NCBI GenBank assembly: GCA_016748015.1
Contig: JAAOMT010000607.1
Span: 62,001-126,000, forward strand
From: Geosiphon pyriformis uo1
Taxonomy: Eukaryota; Fungi; Glomeromycota
Length of the DNA stretch: 64,000 nucleotides
Direction: 5' to 3'
Part shown: one piece after another, positions 51,400 to 64,000 of the stretch
Position numbering within the stretch: the stretch's first letter is position 1
How the letters are laid out: the number at the start of each line of letters is the position of its first letter
Program-made: the position numbers and the translations under genes
The notes under the pieces: generated by a model
What the model was told of the DNA's origin: nothing
Database searches by the model: none
Seen by the model: the letters and a program-made list of their open reading frames with translations, nothing else

Positions 51400-51876
51400 T
51401 CAATCTTCCGTCGGTTTAACATCCATCTGATAAAAACTAGCTGTTTGTGTAATCATCTCAGGCTCCATAGGTAGTGCTGGTGGTTTTCGTCGTCGTTGTC
51501 GCTGTTGCCTTCGTCTAGTTCTCAATATTTGCCGTCTTCGTCTGGTTAGCTGTCTACGGCGACGCCTTAACTGACTACGACGTCTCTTTCTTTCGTTTAT
51601 TCGTTCTTGATCTTGCGTAGTTTTCACTGAACTCAAAATTTGTGATTGAATCACATAAGTCGGTCCAAGAAAGCGATCATGAGAGGAAAATTTTTCTAGT
51701 AATAGTTCTCGTGAAAAATAAGTCAAAGTTGGCAAATATTCTTTTTCGCTTAAGGCTTTAGGATAAAATTTTGCCAAAGTTTGATCATTAGTGCGCGCTG
51801 TTGCAAAGAAATATTCATTTAGAATCAATGGAAACAAGTAAAGCAATAAGCCCAATTTGAAGATGCGGTAAGTCAT
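51400..51876 (-). CDS. Small secreted protein with protamine-like poly-Arg segment, 158 aa
   Basis: Signal-like MTYRIFKLGLLLYLFPLILNEYFFATA. 21 Arg and 2 Lys in 36 residues (51484-51591), encoded by all six Arg codons. Confidence 0.72.
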   Translation of the reverse strand: MTYRIFKLGLLLYLFPLILNEYFFATARTNDQTLAKFYPKALSEKEYLPTLTYFSRELLLEKFSSHDRFLGPTYVIQSQILSSVKTTQDQERINERKRRRSQLRRRRRQLTRRRRQILRTRRRQQRQRRRKPPALPMEPEMITQTASFYQMDVKPTED

Positions 51877-53531
51877 ATTCTAAATTGGAAAGTTTATGGT
51901 TTTTTTTTTGCAATAATTCTCTCTTAAAAACCTTTGATATTTATAGAAGTTAAACTTAAATTCTTTAAACATTTTCTATTTAAACATTTCCATAAGTAAA
52001 ATCATATACTTAATCATCATCGGTGGCAAAAGAACAAACCAATCAGGAGCAAAGCATAAACTTTGTTTATGTAAAACAAATACGTAAATCTAGTTATTGT
52101 ACAAAATAGACCTATATTTTACTTAATGAATTTTTAAAATTGGAGCGATTTGTATCCCATAAATCGTTGAAATCACATTTCTCAAACTAATTTTTTTTCA
52201 ATTGAAGCCGCTTAGTTCTGATGAGGGTTTTTCGAAAACTAGTTTCAATTTTTGATAATGAGAAAATTGTCTAGAATCTCAAGAAGGCTATCAGATTGTA
52301 AATATTTAAAAAAAATAAAATTAATAAATTCAAAAGCCTAAAATGGGTCCATTTTCTTGCCTCTTGTAATTCCTTCATCCTCATTGAAATCTATTCAAGA
52401 TTTTACATTACTAATACCATCATCGTTTAAATAGAGTGTAACTGTAAAATCCGTATAACGTTATCTTTTTTTCTAGAATAAGTTACATTTTGAATGCTTA
52501 TAAGCTAATTCTATGAAAAGTTATAAAATTTGAGCCTTTTACTGGTTCAGCCTGTAATAAAATACTAAATTTTGAAAGCTCTTTAAATATATATATATAT
52601 ATATTGTTGTGAGTAATGCTTTTTTTGTTAATATGTTCATTTACAGTTTGTGGGGTTTAAAACAATAGGCTATGAGACTTAGTGGGTGCAAATTTCTAAA
52701 AATAGGAGCTACTTTTCAATCCCTTGTATTATTTGAACATTTTATAATTTCCAGAAATATATAATATTTTTATTTTCAAAAAACTAAATTCGATCCTAAA
52801 AATCTATTTATCCTTTTCTGGCAATGAGTCCTATTTTTGTTTGTGCCGAAGAAATATTTAAGCGATGTGTTATTTTGATAAAATAACATATTTTTATGAT
52901 GCTATTTCTCTATTTGAAGTAATAAATTCTGGCTTTCTGATTTATTTCTCTTCAAATAAATTATTTAATTGCTCCCAGTATAACTGACATTGTCTTTAAT
53001 TTAATTTAACAAGCTTTTTTTTAGTTCTAACTTTGAACTTTTCCCGCTCGAAAGTTTAAACTATGAAATTTTCTATTTTGATTAGAAATATTTTCTTTGT
53101 TGTGAAAATCCGATCCATCTATTCTAATCTTTGATGAATAGAAGAGAATTTTAGTAATTTGAAGCTTCCTTTTTTTTAAATGAAGTAAGAATAATTTTTC
53201 ATTAATAAAAAAATATCATTCGTAAGGATAAATATAATTTTAAAAGTAGCGAAAAATTGATTTTAATAAATTAAATTCAAATAGACAGTAAATCAATTGT
53301 CAAAAGTTTGTGAAGAAATAATTTAATGGCAGAAATATATATTAATTTTTGAGTCATTTAATTTTATGAAAATTTCAAAAAATTCGATAAAAATCTAATG
53401 TTCACTTGAGAAATTCAATCTTCTTCAAACTAAATCATTTGAAAATTCTAATTAATTATTGAGCACTGGATTTATTTGAATTTCAATTCTTTTCTATATT
53501 TTAAATTAATTCATAAAATTCTTAATATATT

Positions 53532-54932
53532 TCATGAAGAGCATTTTCCAATTGTGAACCCAAAATATGGCCCTAGATGATCATTGAACTTTCTTATAGG
53601 CCTCTTCGTGATGGCTCGTCTTGATTTCCATTGTAAATTGCATTTCTTGATATGATATAAAAAAAGTAAATATTTAGCTTATTAACTAGCTAAAATGAAA
53701 CCTTCATATACATACTTTATTCTCAGATAGCCCTTGTTTTGGAAAACATTTTAATACTGTAGGGTATATCTGAGGTTTATTTTCGAAATAATCAGATTCA
53801 GAAGTTGCTACACAATCACATAGTTTTTGTAATGGAATCCAGTATTCGGGAAAAAATTGAATGTACGGATCGCTTTCTAAAGCGTTTCTTGGATAGCTTG
53901 GGACCCAATCATCAGCATGTGTGACACGATATATGCTTATTTTGTTGTTAACAAATAAGATAAATTTTACGTTTCCTATTCTTGGTTGCCCGAATGTTAT
54001 CACATATGGCATAGTATTATGCTTAATTGCAAATGCGAGAGCAGCAAATACTGCATAAACTAGAGGAAATTTATAAAGAGTTAAATAATTTTGTATTATT
54101 ACATTTTCTTTAAAAGGAAATATGAAAATGTTTTGATATAATAGAAAAAAAATTGTTCAACATACTACCACCATTACCAAATCCAACAAACGCAAAGTTA
54201 TCTTTAGCAAGATGAAAAATTTTATCTTTCTCGATTTCTTTCATTCTTTCCCAAAAAGCTTTTTGTTGACGCATCCATCTCTTATAAAAATATTGAACCA
54301 CTTTGCGACCTTTCAAATCAACTCCCTCGATATACTCTACACTGAGCCATTGATACTGTACCCATAGGGCATAAGCAAGCTCCGGTGCTTCAAAAGTGAC
54401 CACATTCTTTATCAAGAGATTATTATTATCAACTGGTTTTAATTTTTTCGGCAAACTAACTTTTTTAAAATTTTTAAATCTAAATAAAAATTCAAAAAAT
54501 TAATCAAACTGCAACTGTTTTTAAGAGAACACTTTTACCGAAATGATTGCGAATGAGTTGCCATTTCAATTTCTTGTTTTGTTTTGTGCAAGATAGCTCA
54601 TGGACTTTAAAGGCCATGTAAGATAGGAACTGAAGAGTTTGAGTGTCAAATAAGACTTCTCTTTCTTTTTTCATCAAGCTTCTTTTTCCTTTATTTGATA
54701 TATTCATTGGTTGGTAGGTTTGGTAAGGAATCTTTTATTTTTTGGAAAAATAATAAAATTGAATTCTTTGAAATTGAAATTGTGACTCGATAAATTAAAT
54801 TTTCTTAATAACCTTTGTGTGAAATTTGTAATCATGATTTCCCAGGAAATATTGCTCATCGATTCTTATCCGGGCGAAAATAATAATTAGCCATGAAAAA
54901 CATATTGTAAAAGTAAATCTCAAAAAGTTCAT
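53532..54932 (-). CDS. Class-3 lipase-like protein L7, Ser-less (GFGNGG), closest to L6; ~354 aa
   Basis: Exons 54932-54813, 54731-54539, 54459-54166, 54059-53716, 53645-53532 keep frame. Signal-like FTFTICFSWLIIIFA, ITFGQPRIGN, RVTHADD, EYWIP, DHLGPYFG..C. Confidence 0.87.
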
Positions 54933-56407
54933 GTAAAAAAAATGGGTTTCCAATAATAAAAATTTTTTTTTCAAGATTATTAGAATTTTAGTAAAAAATT
55001 ATGCTTTAGGTTTTGTTACGGGGGAAAGTTAAAGTCTCCTAGCTAAAATTTATCAAAGGAGAATCTATTTTTGTTATATTTTTTAGATCAGCTAATTATT
55101 TAGTGATATTTGAAAAGACTCTAGGTCTTATTATTTCTCATTTACTATCAATTCAAAATGGTAACTAATCCTTAATTTGCCAAATATACAATTAAAGAAT
55201 CTTGTTCTTTTTTAGAATATCAATATTTTCATTTCATATAATTACAACAAATAAATGCTAAATTTAGTAAAGTATTCAAAAATCCTACTCGAGGCCAATC
55301 TTATCCATATTTCAAAAAATAATTTGATATTCAATTCTTTCACATAGCTTCCTTAAAAGCTTAATAGAAATAAAAAAATTAGTGTGATCATTCTGAACAA
55401 TTTATAGGATTATTGAAAGTTTTTCCTCCAATCTTAACTCAATATAGTCCCTCTTGAAGGTAATCCCTCCTAGATATAAATCTCTCAACTATTAAGTATC
55501 TATAATCCAATTTCGCGCTACATTTGCCTCGAATAGAGCTATTTCTATAGAAATTATTAACGATTAAATATTCGATTCCCCCAAATGAAACGTGATCCCA
55601 ATTAAGTCAAAGGGAGCTTTCTCAGAATAAAGTTTAATTTTTTAGCATTGCATGAAAATCAAAGGAAATATTTGTTATCTATTTTTATTCATGAAAATTA
55701 AATTAACCAAAAAATAGAGAAAACATGCAAAAGTATTAATTCCTCTAAAATTAGTAGAATCTAGAACATTTAAAAAAATCTTTTATATTGGAGCTCTCTA
55801 TTAAGCAGGAATTATTGAAGAAATAAATCATAATAAAACTATGCAATATATTAGAACACTATTTTTTCATAATCAGTTTGTTCAAAAATTATTAACTAAA
55901 GATGCTAACCTCTAACATTTGAATATAAGTTTAAATCGGAAATATAAGTCAGATAAATAACCAAAATGAAGCTGTCTTGTTGAGCCCTTGTTATTTGTAT
56001 TCATATTTAGCTTTTCAACCCTATTCCAACAGCTTTAAAGTCATTGATTTAGAGGAAATTCCTTATATTTCTTATCAAAGCACTATAATCCTATATAGAG
56101 GGTCTTTATTTAGGTTATAATATATATATATGATTAAAGCTTTTTACACGAATTTTTCCAATTTTATTATCTTAAATTATGAAATTTCTTTATTTGATTA
56201 ATCAATCCGAAAGTTTTTATATTATTTTCGCGTAGGAATAAAATTATACCCAATGCAAGCAGTGAACAATATCTGACTGTTACAACAGTAAAAAAACAAA
56301 TAGAATATATGCGTCATACTCTTATTAAAATCTATATTCTATTATTGGAAACATATTGGTGAAATTGGATATGTTCAGCGATTGTAGTTTTGAACAAAAT
56401 TTTCATT

Positions 56408-56434
56408 TTAGCCGGTAGATTTCAGACCCGGATA
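56408..56434 (+). promoter_or_regulatory. Conserved non-coding element upstream of AKR copy A
   Basis: TTAGCCGGTAGATTTCAGACCCGGATA is identical (inverted) at 63010-63036, while both flanks carry indels. Confidence 0.45.
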
Positions 56435-56594
56435 ACAAATCTCAATTGGTGTAAATAAGAGATTAGGAATAATTGTTTTTCCTGATAAGATCTTTTGATT
56501 ATTAATGTATGATGTAAGCAGAAAGAGGCAAAGCCTTTTAACTGGCTTTCTTCTTTTTTGTGATTTTTTTTAGAACATCAACGAATTTTGAAGA

Positions 56595-58678
56595 ATGACG
56601 ACTGATACTTCTAACGTTCCCAAATTAAAGGGACTTGATCATCATGTACTTCTTGGTTCTACGGGGCTACGTGTTTCACCGTTATGTTTAGGCACTGGGG
56701 TAGGCACCTTTTGTGATTATCGAAACTATTGACTGCACAAGCTAATTACCAATTTTTCGTTAACCATCTAAGACTTTTGGTGAAGAGTGGGTAAATAAAA
56801 GTTATTTATTCTCCATTATTGAAAAATCCATTTCAATTGTTCAATGCTGGACACTGCGTTTTATTTTAGGGCATTGGCTCCAATTTTGAAGAATCTAAGA
56901 AAGTTTTTGACTACTATTATGAAAAAGGAGGGAATTTTATCGGTAAGAAGCTAATCAAATAATGTGGCCAGTACAGAGTAAATAAGATAATTTAATTGCC
57001 TATTTTTTCCGTCAAAAAGATACAGGGAATATTTATAACCAGGGCTCGGTATTTTCAACTTTTTGAATGATTAAATGCGCAGACTAAAACTTAATAAAAA
57101 TATTTATCTATACAGAGCGAAAAGTTTCTTGGCGAATTAATCTCTGATAAACGTTCAGAAATCATTTTAGCTACCAAGTATACGTGTAATAATTTTTCCT
57201 ACACCGATACATAGATGATATTAAAGTTATCGGGTATAGTTGCCAATTAAGATGCAATCTTATTAATTGAAGGTAATCCTAGCGCTGGGGGTCTTTTGAA
57301 TGGCCAACTAAAGTACAATCCCAATGCAGGTAAGATTACATTCTGAAATGAATATTAATTAAGATGGTAGAAATTAACTGACTGAAATAAATTTCTTATG
57401 TATTGACTTCAGGTGGTAATCACCGGAAAAGCCTTGTGGAAAACCTTGACGCCAGTTTAAAAAGGCTAGGCACAGGCTATGTCGATATTCTCTACGTCCA
57501 TGCCTGGGAATTCAGATCCTCAATTCAAGAAACAATGCGTGCCTTAGATGATGCAGTCCGTAGTGGCAAGGTGTGTTCTACCATACTTTGTGGTAATTTC
57601 AAAAATGGGAAGCTAAGAGATGTTCTTGACTGCCCTAAATTAGGTATATTATGTCGCAATTAGCGACGCTCCTGCTTGGGTAGTTAGTAAATCAAATACA
57701 ATTGCTGAGTTTCGTGGATGGAGGTATATCCTTAAGATTCCTTTGAAGAAAAGAAAAACTTTTTCAAAAAAAACATAAGTCAATTTCATTCTGGAATTTT
57801 AGTCCATACATTGCCCTTCAAACACGATACAATTTATTGGACCGAAGTTTTGAACAAGAGCTGCAGCCAGCAAGTGCCGACCAGAATGTAAGCTTCTTTC
57901 AAATTTTCCAGTTCAATGGATAAATTCAAAAATACTCAAGTCTAATTATATAATTTCTTCTAAAGCTTGCTGTTATTCCATGGGGTTGTATCGCAGAAGG
58001 GTAGGACATAGCAGTTTTTATGTACTATTTAAGTTATAAGCGAGATGTTTTCCCATTCTCTCATTTGATAGGTTTCTAACTGGGAAATACACTAAAGAAA
58101 GTCTTGCCTCAAAAAAAGGTGAGCAAGGTGGCAGAAATGGAAGCAATATCAAGCACGGCAATATTGCTCATAATTGGGAAATTTTGGAAACTGTAAAAGA
58201 AATTGCTGCTGAAACTGGCAAAAGCCCAGCACAAGTTAAGATCTTAAAAGAAACTTTGAAAGTTATTTTATTGCAATACTTCGTTTTAGTAAATACAAAA
58301 TTTGGACAAATTATTTATCTATATCAGGTCTCAATAAATTGGATCTCCCAAAAACCGAGTATTACCTCACCCCTCATTGGAGCACGTAACGTCAAGCAGC
58401 TTGAAGAAAACATTCAATCGTTGGACTTCAAGTAAAGATTTTCACCATTAAACCATAACGTTAATTCAATTGCAATTAATTACAAGAAACTATATCTTTG
58501 AATAACATTCACTAGGCTCACATCAGAACAAATGAAACGCCTTGATGATATTTCTGCTCCTCAGAACTTAGCGTTCCCATATGGACATGGACAACTTTTT
58601 GAAATGCTTATCGGCCCTAAGATTGAAGTGCCGAAAAAGTTTGAGCCAATTTTTCATATTAAAAAATTCGGGGAATAA
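56595..58678 (+). CDS. Aldo-keto reductase (AKR9 / aryl-alcohol dehydrogenase-like), copy A, 13 exons, 379 aa
   Basis: Exons 56595-56699, 56773-56790, 56870-56942, 57020-57048, 57116-57185, 57273-57329, 57413-57570, 57644-57723, 57803-57887, 57966-58000, 58072-58234, 58328-58431, 58516-58678. GLRVSPLCLG, GNFIDT.NIY, LATKY, SLKRLGTGYVDILYVH, ISDAPAW, PLIGAR..QLEEN; catalytic D/Y/K/H present. Confidence 0.93.
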
Positions 58679-60905
58679 TGAAAAAGAAATTAGTCTTTCA
58701 GGTTTGTTATATTGATTCTATATTGATATTAAACTTGGCCACATTTACTGGCTAAAATTAAAATCTCAGTTTTTTATTGTCACACTATTGTCAAACAATT
58801 TAGATTGGTTTTATATGAGAGATTTGAAAAAATTTGGCATATTAATAATATTTTCAATTATTTTACATAAATATTAACTTTTAATATTGGATTTTAATAT
58901 TGATTTTGCTTGATTAATAAAAATCTTTATTTATATAGTTATTGTCCTATTTATTATTAAAATTATTTTAACTATTGATTTAAGGATTTACTCAGTTATT
59001 AAGTATATATGAAAATAGCACAGATCTTTAAGAATTAGATATAAGAAAATAAGTATCAAATATAATTTTTTCAAAATCACAAATAGGTTTTTAATACTCT
59101 AAAAAATCGAAAAACAATCTGTTAAACAACAACCAAATAGTAAATTAATATTTTATTATTTAACTACTATATATTCATTAAAAGTATATAAATATTTATT
59201 AATAAATAAAAGTCAAAGTTATTAGTATTTTCATATTATCTAATTATATTAATTTTTAATTTAACTTATTTCATTTTTTTGTTACGTATATAAATTTTTT
59301 TAAGTAACTTAATGATTTATTATTAAGTAATAATATTTTAAAAATTTATAATACTAAAATATTAAATAGTAATTGTAATTAAATACATATTACCTAATAA
59401 AAGCCTAATATAATTATTGAAATTTTTTATAACCCTTTTTATAATGACACATTTTAATTTCTATTGCACATTGGATTTCTAAACGTAATTTTAAACAGCT
59501 TGTAATTCAGAAAACATATTAATATATCTGAAATTTGTTTTTAAAATCACAAAATTTCGAAGTTTTAATAAGATTCAGCATTTAAAAAAATGAATATATT
59601 TATTATTTTGCAAATTAGTTTTTGGATAACTTAAAATTCAATTATCAGCATATGTAACATAATATATTTTTATTTTGCTGTTAACAAATAAGATTATTTT
59701 ATATGTTAATTGTTAAGTATGTTATATATAACATACTATTATTCTTAATTGAAAATACAAAAACAGAAAATACTTTATAAGGCAAAAAATTTTTTTTTTG
59801 AAGAATATGAAAAAATTCATGCAATCTATTTTTATGAATCAAAGCAACAAGCTTATAGATAATAAAAAATAAAGTAACCAAGAGTACTATAAATATAACT
59901 AAAAAAAATCTTAAAAAAAGACAAAATATGTAAAAAATTCAATTAAAATAATTAGTCTCAAAAAAGTTCTATAATTAATAATACAGCTGTTATAATTTTA
60001 TGCTTTAGTTAAAATGTTTAAAGATTTAATAATAAATATTATTTATTTTAGATAATTATTCTTTCAATGACTTACAAAATCAAATCTCTTATTTTAAAGC
60101 TAACTTAAGAATACAATTTAAAAAAAGAAAAAAAGAGTTAAAAGAAGAAACATAATTGTAATACCATAATTAAATGGTTTTTTACAGATTTAAAGAGCCT
60201 TGTTTATATAAATAATAATAATAATAATTAAGCCAAAAATTTTAAAAATAAAATAACTAATTAAACAACATAATTGGTTAATACATACCATATATGACCG
60301 AAAATAGGTAATCCTCAAAAATAAAAAAACTTTTAGTTTTGAAAAATAATAAGTTTGAAATTAAAAAAGCTTTAATTTATTAATACTAAAAATAATTTCT
60401 TTATTTTTTTTCATTAAAATGCATCTGAAATATATATGAAAAAAATAGAAAAAGTGAATAAGAAAGTTTTTTTCTGAATTACTAGGTAGGCGAAAGATTC
60501 GAAAATAAGAAACTTTTCATTTTAAAAGGCTTGAAGATCACAAAATTAAGTTTCTTATTTTCGGTCATTAATTAAAGCAAAATAACAACACAGCTGCTAT
60601 AATTCTATGTTTTAATTAACATTTTTTAGAATTTATTTACAGATATTAATTTTTGGATAGTTATTTATTTAACAATATAAATTCTAAAAAAATGAGAAAA
60701 CTATATAACAAAAAAATTTATTTATCAATCAAGCAAAATCAATAAAAATAAAAAAATCAAATATTGAAAAATCCCCTTAAATATTATTAATACATATAAA
60801 TTAATCAATAAAAAATTCTAATTAAATTTTCGCCAGTAAATGTGGCCAAGTTTAATATCAATATAGAATCAATATAACAAACCTGAAAGACTAATTTCTT
60901 TTTCA

Positions 60906-62846
60906 TTATTCCCCGAATTTTTTAATATGAAAAATTGGCTCAAACTTTTTCGGCACTTCAATCTTAGGGCCGATAAGCATTTCAAAAAGTTGTCCATGTC
61001 CATATGGGAACGCTAAGTTCTGAGGAGCAGAAATATCATCAAGGCGTTTCATTTGTTCTGATGTGAGCCTAGTGAATGTTATTCAAAGATATAGTTTCTT
61101 GTAATTAATTGCAATTGAATTAACGTTATGGTTTAATGGTGAAAATCTTTACTTGAAGTCCAACGATTGAATGTTTTCTTCAAGCTGCTTGACGTTACGT
61201 GCTCCAATGAGGGGTGAGGTAATACTCGGTTTTTGGGAGATCCAATTTATTGAGACCTGATATAGATAAATAATTTGTCCAAATTTTGTATTTACTAAAA
61301 CGAAGTATTGCAATAAAATAACTTTCAAAGTTTCTTTTAAGATCTTAACTTGTGCTGGGCTTTTGCCAGTTTCAGCAGCAATTTCTTTTACAGTTTCCAA
61401 AATTTCCCAATTATGAGCAATATTGCCGTGCTTGATATTGCTTCCATTTCTGCCACCTTGCTCACCTTTTTTTGAGGCAAGACTTTCTTTAGTGTATTTC
61501 CCAGTTAGAAACCTATNNNNNNNNNNNNNNNNNNNNNNNNNNNNNNNNNNNNNNNNNNNNNNNNNNNNNNNNNNNNNNNNNNNNNNNNNNNNNNNNNNNN
61601 NNNNNNNNNNNNNNNNNNNNNNNNNNNNNNNNNNNNNNNNNNNNNNNNNNNNNNNNNNNNNNNNNNNNNNNNNNNNNNNNNNNNNNNNNNNNNNNNNNNN
61701 NNNNNNNNNNNNNNNNNNNNNNNNNNNNNNNNNNNNNNNNNNNNNNNNNNNNNNNNNNNNNNNNNNNNNNNNNNNNNNNNNNNNNNNNNNNNNNNNNNNN
61801 NNNNNNNNNNNNNNNNNNNNNNNNNNNNNNNNNNNNNNNNNNNNNNNAGAACACACCTTGCCACTACGGACTGCATCATCTAAGGCACGCATTGTTTCTT
61901 GAATTGAGGATCTGAATTCCCAGGCATGGACGTAGAGAATATCAACATAGCCTGTGCCTAGCCTTTTTAAACTGGCGTCAAGGTTTTCCACAAGGCTTTT
62001 GCGGTGATTACCACCTGACGTCAATACATAAGAAATTTATTTCAATCACGTTAATTTCTACCATCTTAATTAATATTCATTTCAGAATGTAATCTTACCT
62101 GCATTGGAATTGTACTTTGGTTGGCCAGTCAAAAGACCCCCAGTGCTAGGATTACCTTCAATTAATAAGATTGCATCTTAATTGGCAACTATACCCGATA
62201 ACTTTAATGTCATGTATGTATCGATGTAGGAAAAATTATTACTCGTATACTTGGTAGCTAAAACGATTTCTGAACGTTTATCCGAGATTAATTCACCAAG
62301 AAACTTTTCGCTCTGTATAGGTAAAATATTTTTATTAAGTCATTAGTCTGCACATTTAATACTTCGATAAGTTGGAAATACCGAGCCTTGGGTATAAATA
62401 TTCGCCGTATCTTTTCGACGGATGAAAAATTAGCAATTGAATTATCTTATTTACCCTGTAATGACCACATTATTGATTAGCTTCTTACCGATAAAATTCC
62501 CTCCTTTTTCATAATAGTAGTCAAAAACTTTCTTAGATTCTTCAAAATTAGAGCCAAAACCCTAAAATAAAACGCAGTGTCCAGCATTAAATAATTAAAA
62601 ATTCATCTTTCAACAATGGAGATTAATAACTTTTATTTACCCACTCTTCACCAAAAGTCTTAGATAGTTAACGAAAAATTATAATTAGCTTATGTAGTCA
62701 ATATTTTCAATTTTTCGTCGATAATCACAAAATGTGCCTACCATAGTGCCTAAACATAACGGTGAAACACGTAGCCCCGTAGAACCAAGAAGTACATGAT
62801 GATCAAGTCCCTTTAATTTGGGAACGTTAGAAGTATCAGTCGTCAT
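60906..62846 (-). CDS. Aldo-keto reductase copy B (inverted duplicate of copy A; middle hidden by gap)
   Basis: Same exon structure where visible. Canonical LCLGTMTFG and DTANIY. Exons 8-10 fall in the N run. Confidence 0.85.
61517..61847. other. Assembly gap inside AKR copy B
   Basis: 331 Ns; the corresponding stretch of copy A (57580-58067) is 488 nt. Confidence 1.
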
Positions 62847-63009
62847 TCTTCAAAATTCGTTGCTGTTATAAAAAAACCACAAAAAATATGAAAGCCAGTC
62901 AAAAGGCTTTGGTAAAGTTTTGCCTCTTTCTGTTTATATCATAGATTAATAATCAAAGATCTCGGGAAAAACAATTATTCGACCAATTCAGGTTTGTTAA
63001 AGTGTAACA

Positions 63010-63036
63010 TATCCGGGTCTGAAATCTACCGGCTAA
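63010..63036 (-). promoter_or_regulatory. Conserved non-coding element upstream of AKR copy B
   Basis: Exact reverse complement of 56408-56434. Confidence 0.45.
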
Positions 63037-63849
63037 GCAGATCTGAAATGGAAATTTTGTTAAACATATCCAATTTTACCAATATGCTTTGAAGCTATAT
63101 TTCTAATAATAGGATTGAGATTTTAAATAAGTGAATATAACGCATATACTCTATTTTGTTTTTTTCGTAGAAAGAGTTTGATAATCCTCACTGCTTGCAT
63201 TGGGTATAATTTTATTCTATATCTTATAAAATCAATTTTTAATAATTAATCTGTTCATAAAACCCAATATAAAGAATATATCATAGACAATCTGATTGGT
63301 TACTTGTTATAGTAATAATAATCTTAATGATTCTGAAAACAAAAATATTTTCAACATAAACGACTATTTTTTAAAATAAAACAGTTTCAATACTTTTTAC
63401 AAATACTAAATTAGAAATCATTTTAATACTACATTGACTATTAAAAAACAAATCATTATAATCAACATAAATAATGTATATACGAACAAAAACAACCAAA
63501 ATAAAAAACTAATTGCAAAATAAATAAATATATGTTTAAATGCAGAATAACAAAATTATTACAGTCTTTAACATGCTTCAAAAAAACTTGCCTATTAATA
63601 AAAATTTGCTATATGAAAACAATTAAAGCTTTATTAACATCTTAATAAAATATAAAAGACATTAACCATTGCAAAAAAAGCCAAGACTTTTATACAAAAA
63701 TTTTATCTTTAGATATCAATCTGATTTTATCGAAAAATTCAATCTAAATTAGTAAGTTTTAATATAAGGCCAAAAACTTTAAACAAAGTCTTTTTTAAAT
63801 AATTATGTTTAAATTTTTTGAAAAAAATAATTTTATAATTAATTTTATT

Positions 63850-64000
63850 ATTATTACATGTTTTATCTAATGTTATATATTAAGCCACGTATTTTTAAAT
63901 ACTAATTGTTAATATGATTACTAACTTAGTTGTTAATTACATTGTTAATCTAATTATTAACCTAATAGTTAACTTAATTGCTAATCTAATTATTTATTGA
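63850..64000 (+). repeat. Third copy of the LTR-like dispersed repeat (12-bp subrepeat region)
   Basis: Reverse complement resembles 500-640 (AGATTAACAAT / AAGTTAAC / AGGTTAA subunits, ACATGT). Confidence 0.45.

Noticed and set aside
58950-60690. Spacer between AKR copies, including ORF 59699-59881
   Set aside because: Extremely AT-rich with no coding or structural signal.

Overview
AT-rich, intron-containing eukaryotic (fungal) DNA. The gene content (F-box/LRR, Sel1-repeat protein, Git3/cAMP-receptor-like GPCR, short GT-AG introns, decayed Tc1 elements) points to a Glomeromycotina/Mucoromycota genome. The class-3 lipase expansion would fit Geosiphon-like taxa, but that is recollection and inference, not a database result. 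The dominant feature is a dispersed array of seven class-3 (Lipase_3) lipase paralogs (L1-L7), spliced here by hand. Five lack the catalytic serine yet have open spliced reading frames (GFGRAG x3, GFGNGG, GHGIGG). Only L4 has both a Ser-Asp-His triad and an intact frame, and L6 keeps the Ser but is frameshifted. Five paralogs carry a polybasic loop before the catalytic His. A small secreted protamine-like poly-Arg protein lies next to L7. Other content: a tail-to-tail inverted pair of 13-exon aldo-keto reductase genes (identical 3' parts, diverged 5' parts) plus a third deleted relic; a single-CADG membrane protein; an unknown Ser/Pro-rich ORF; Tc1, LINE-like and LTR-like relics; a gap-flanked composite of 40-bp and 68-bp tandem repeats with a degenerate 28S rRNA fragment; three assembly gaps. 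All exon models are manual and unvalidated by transcript data.
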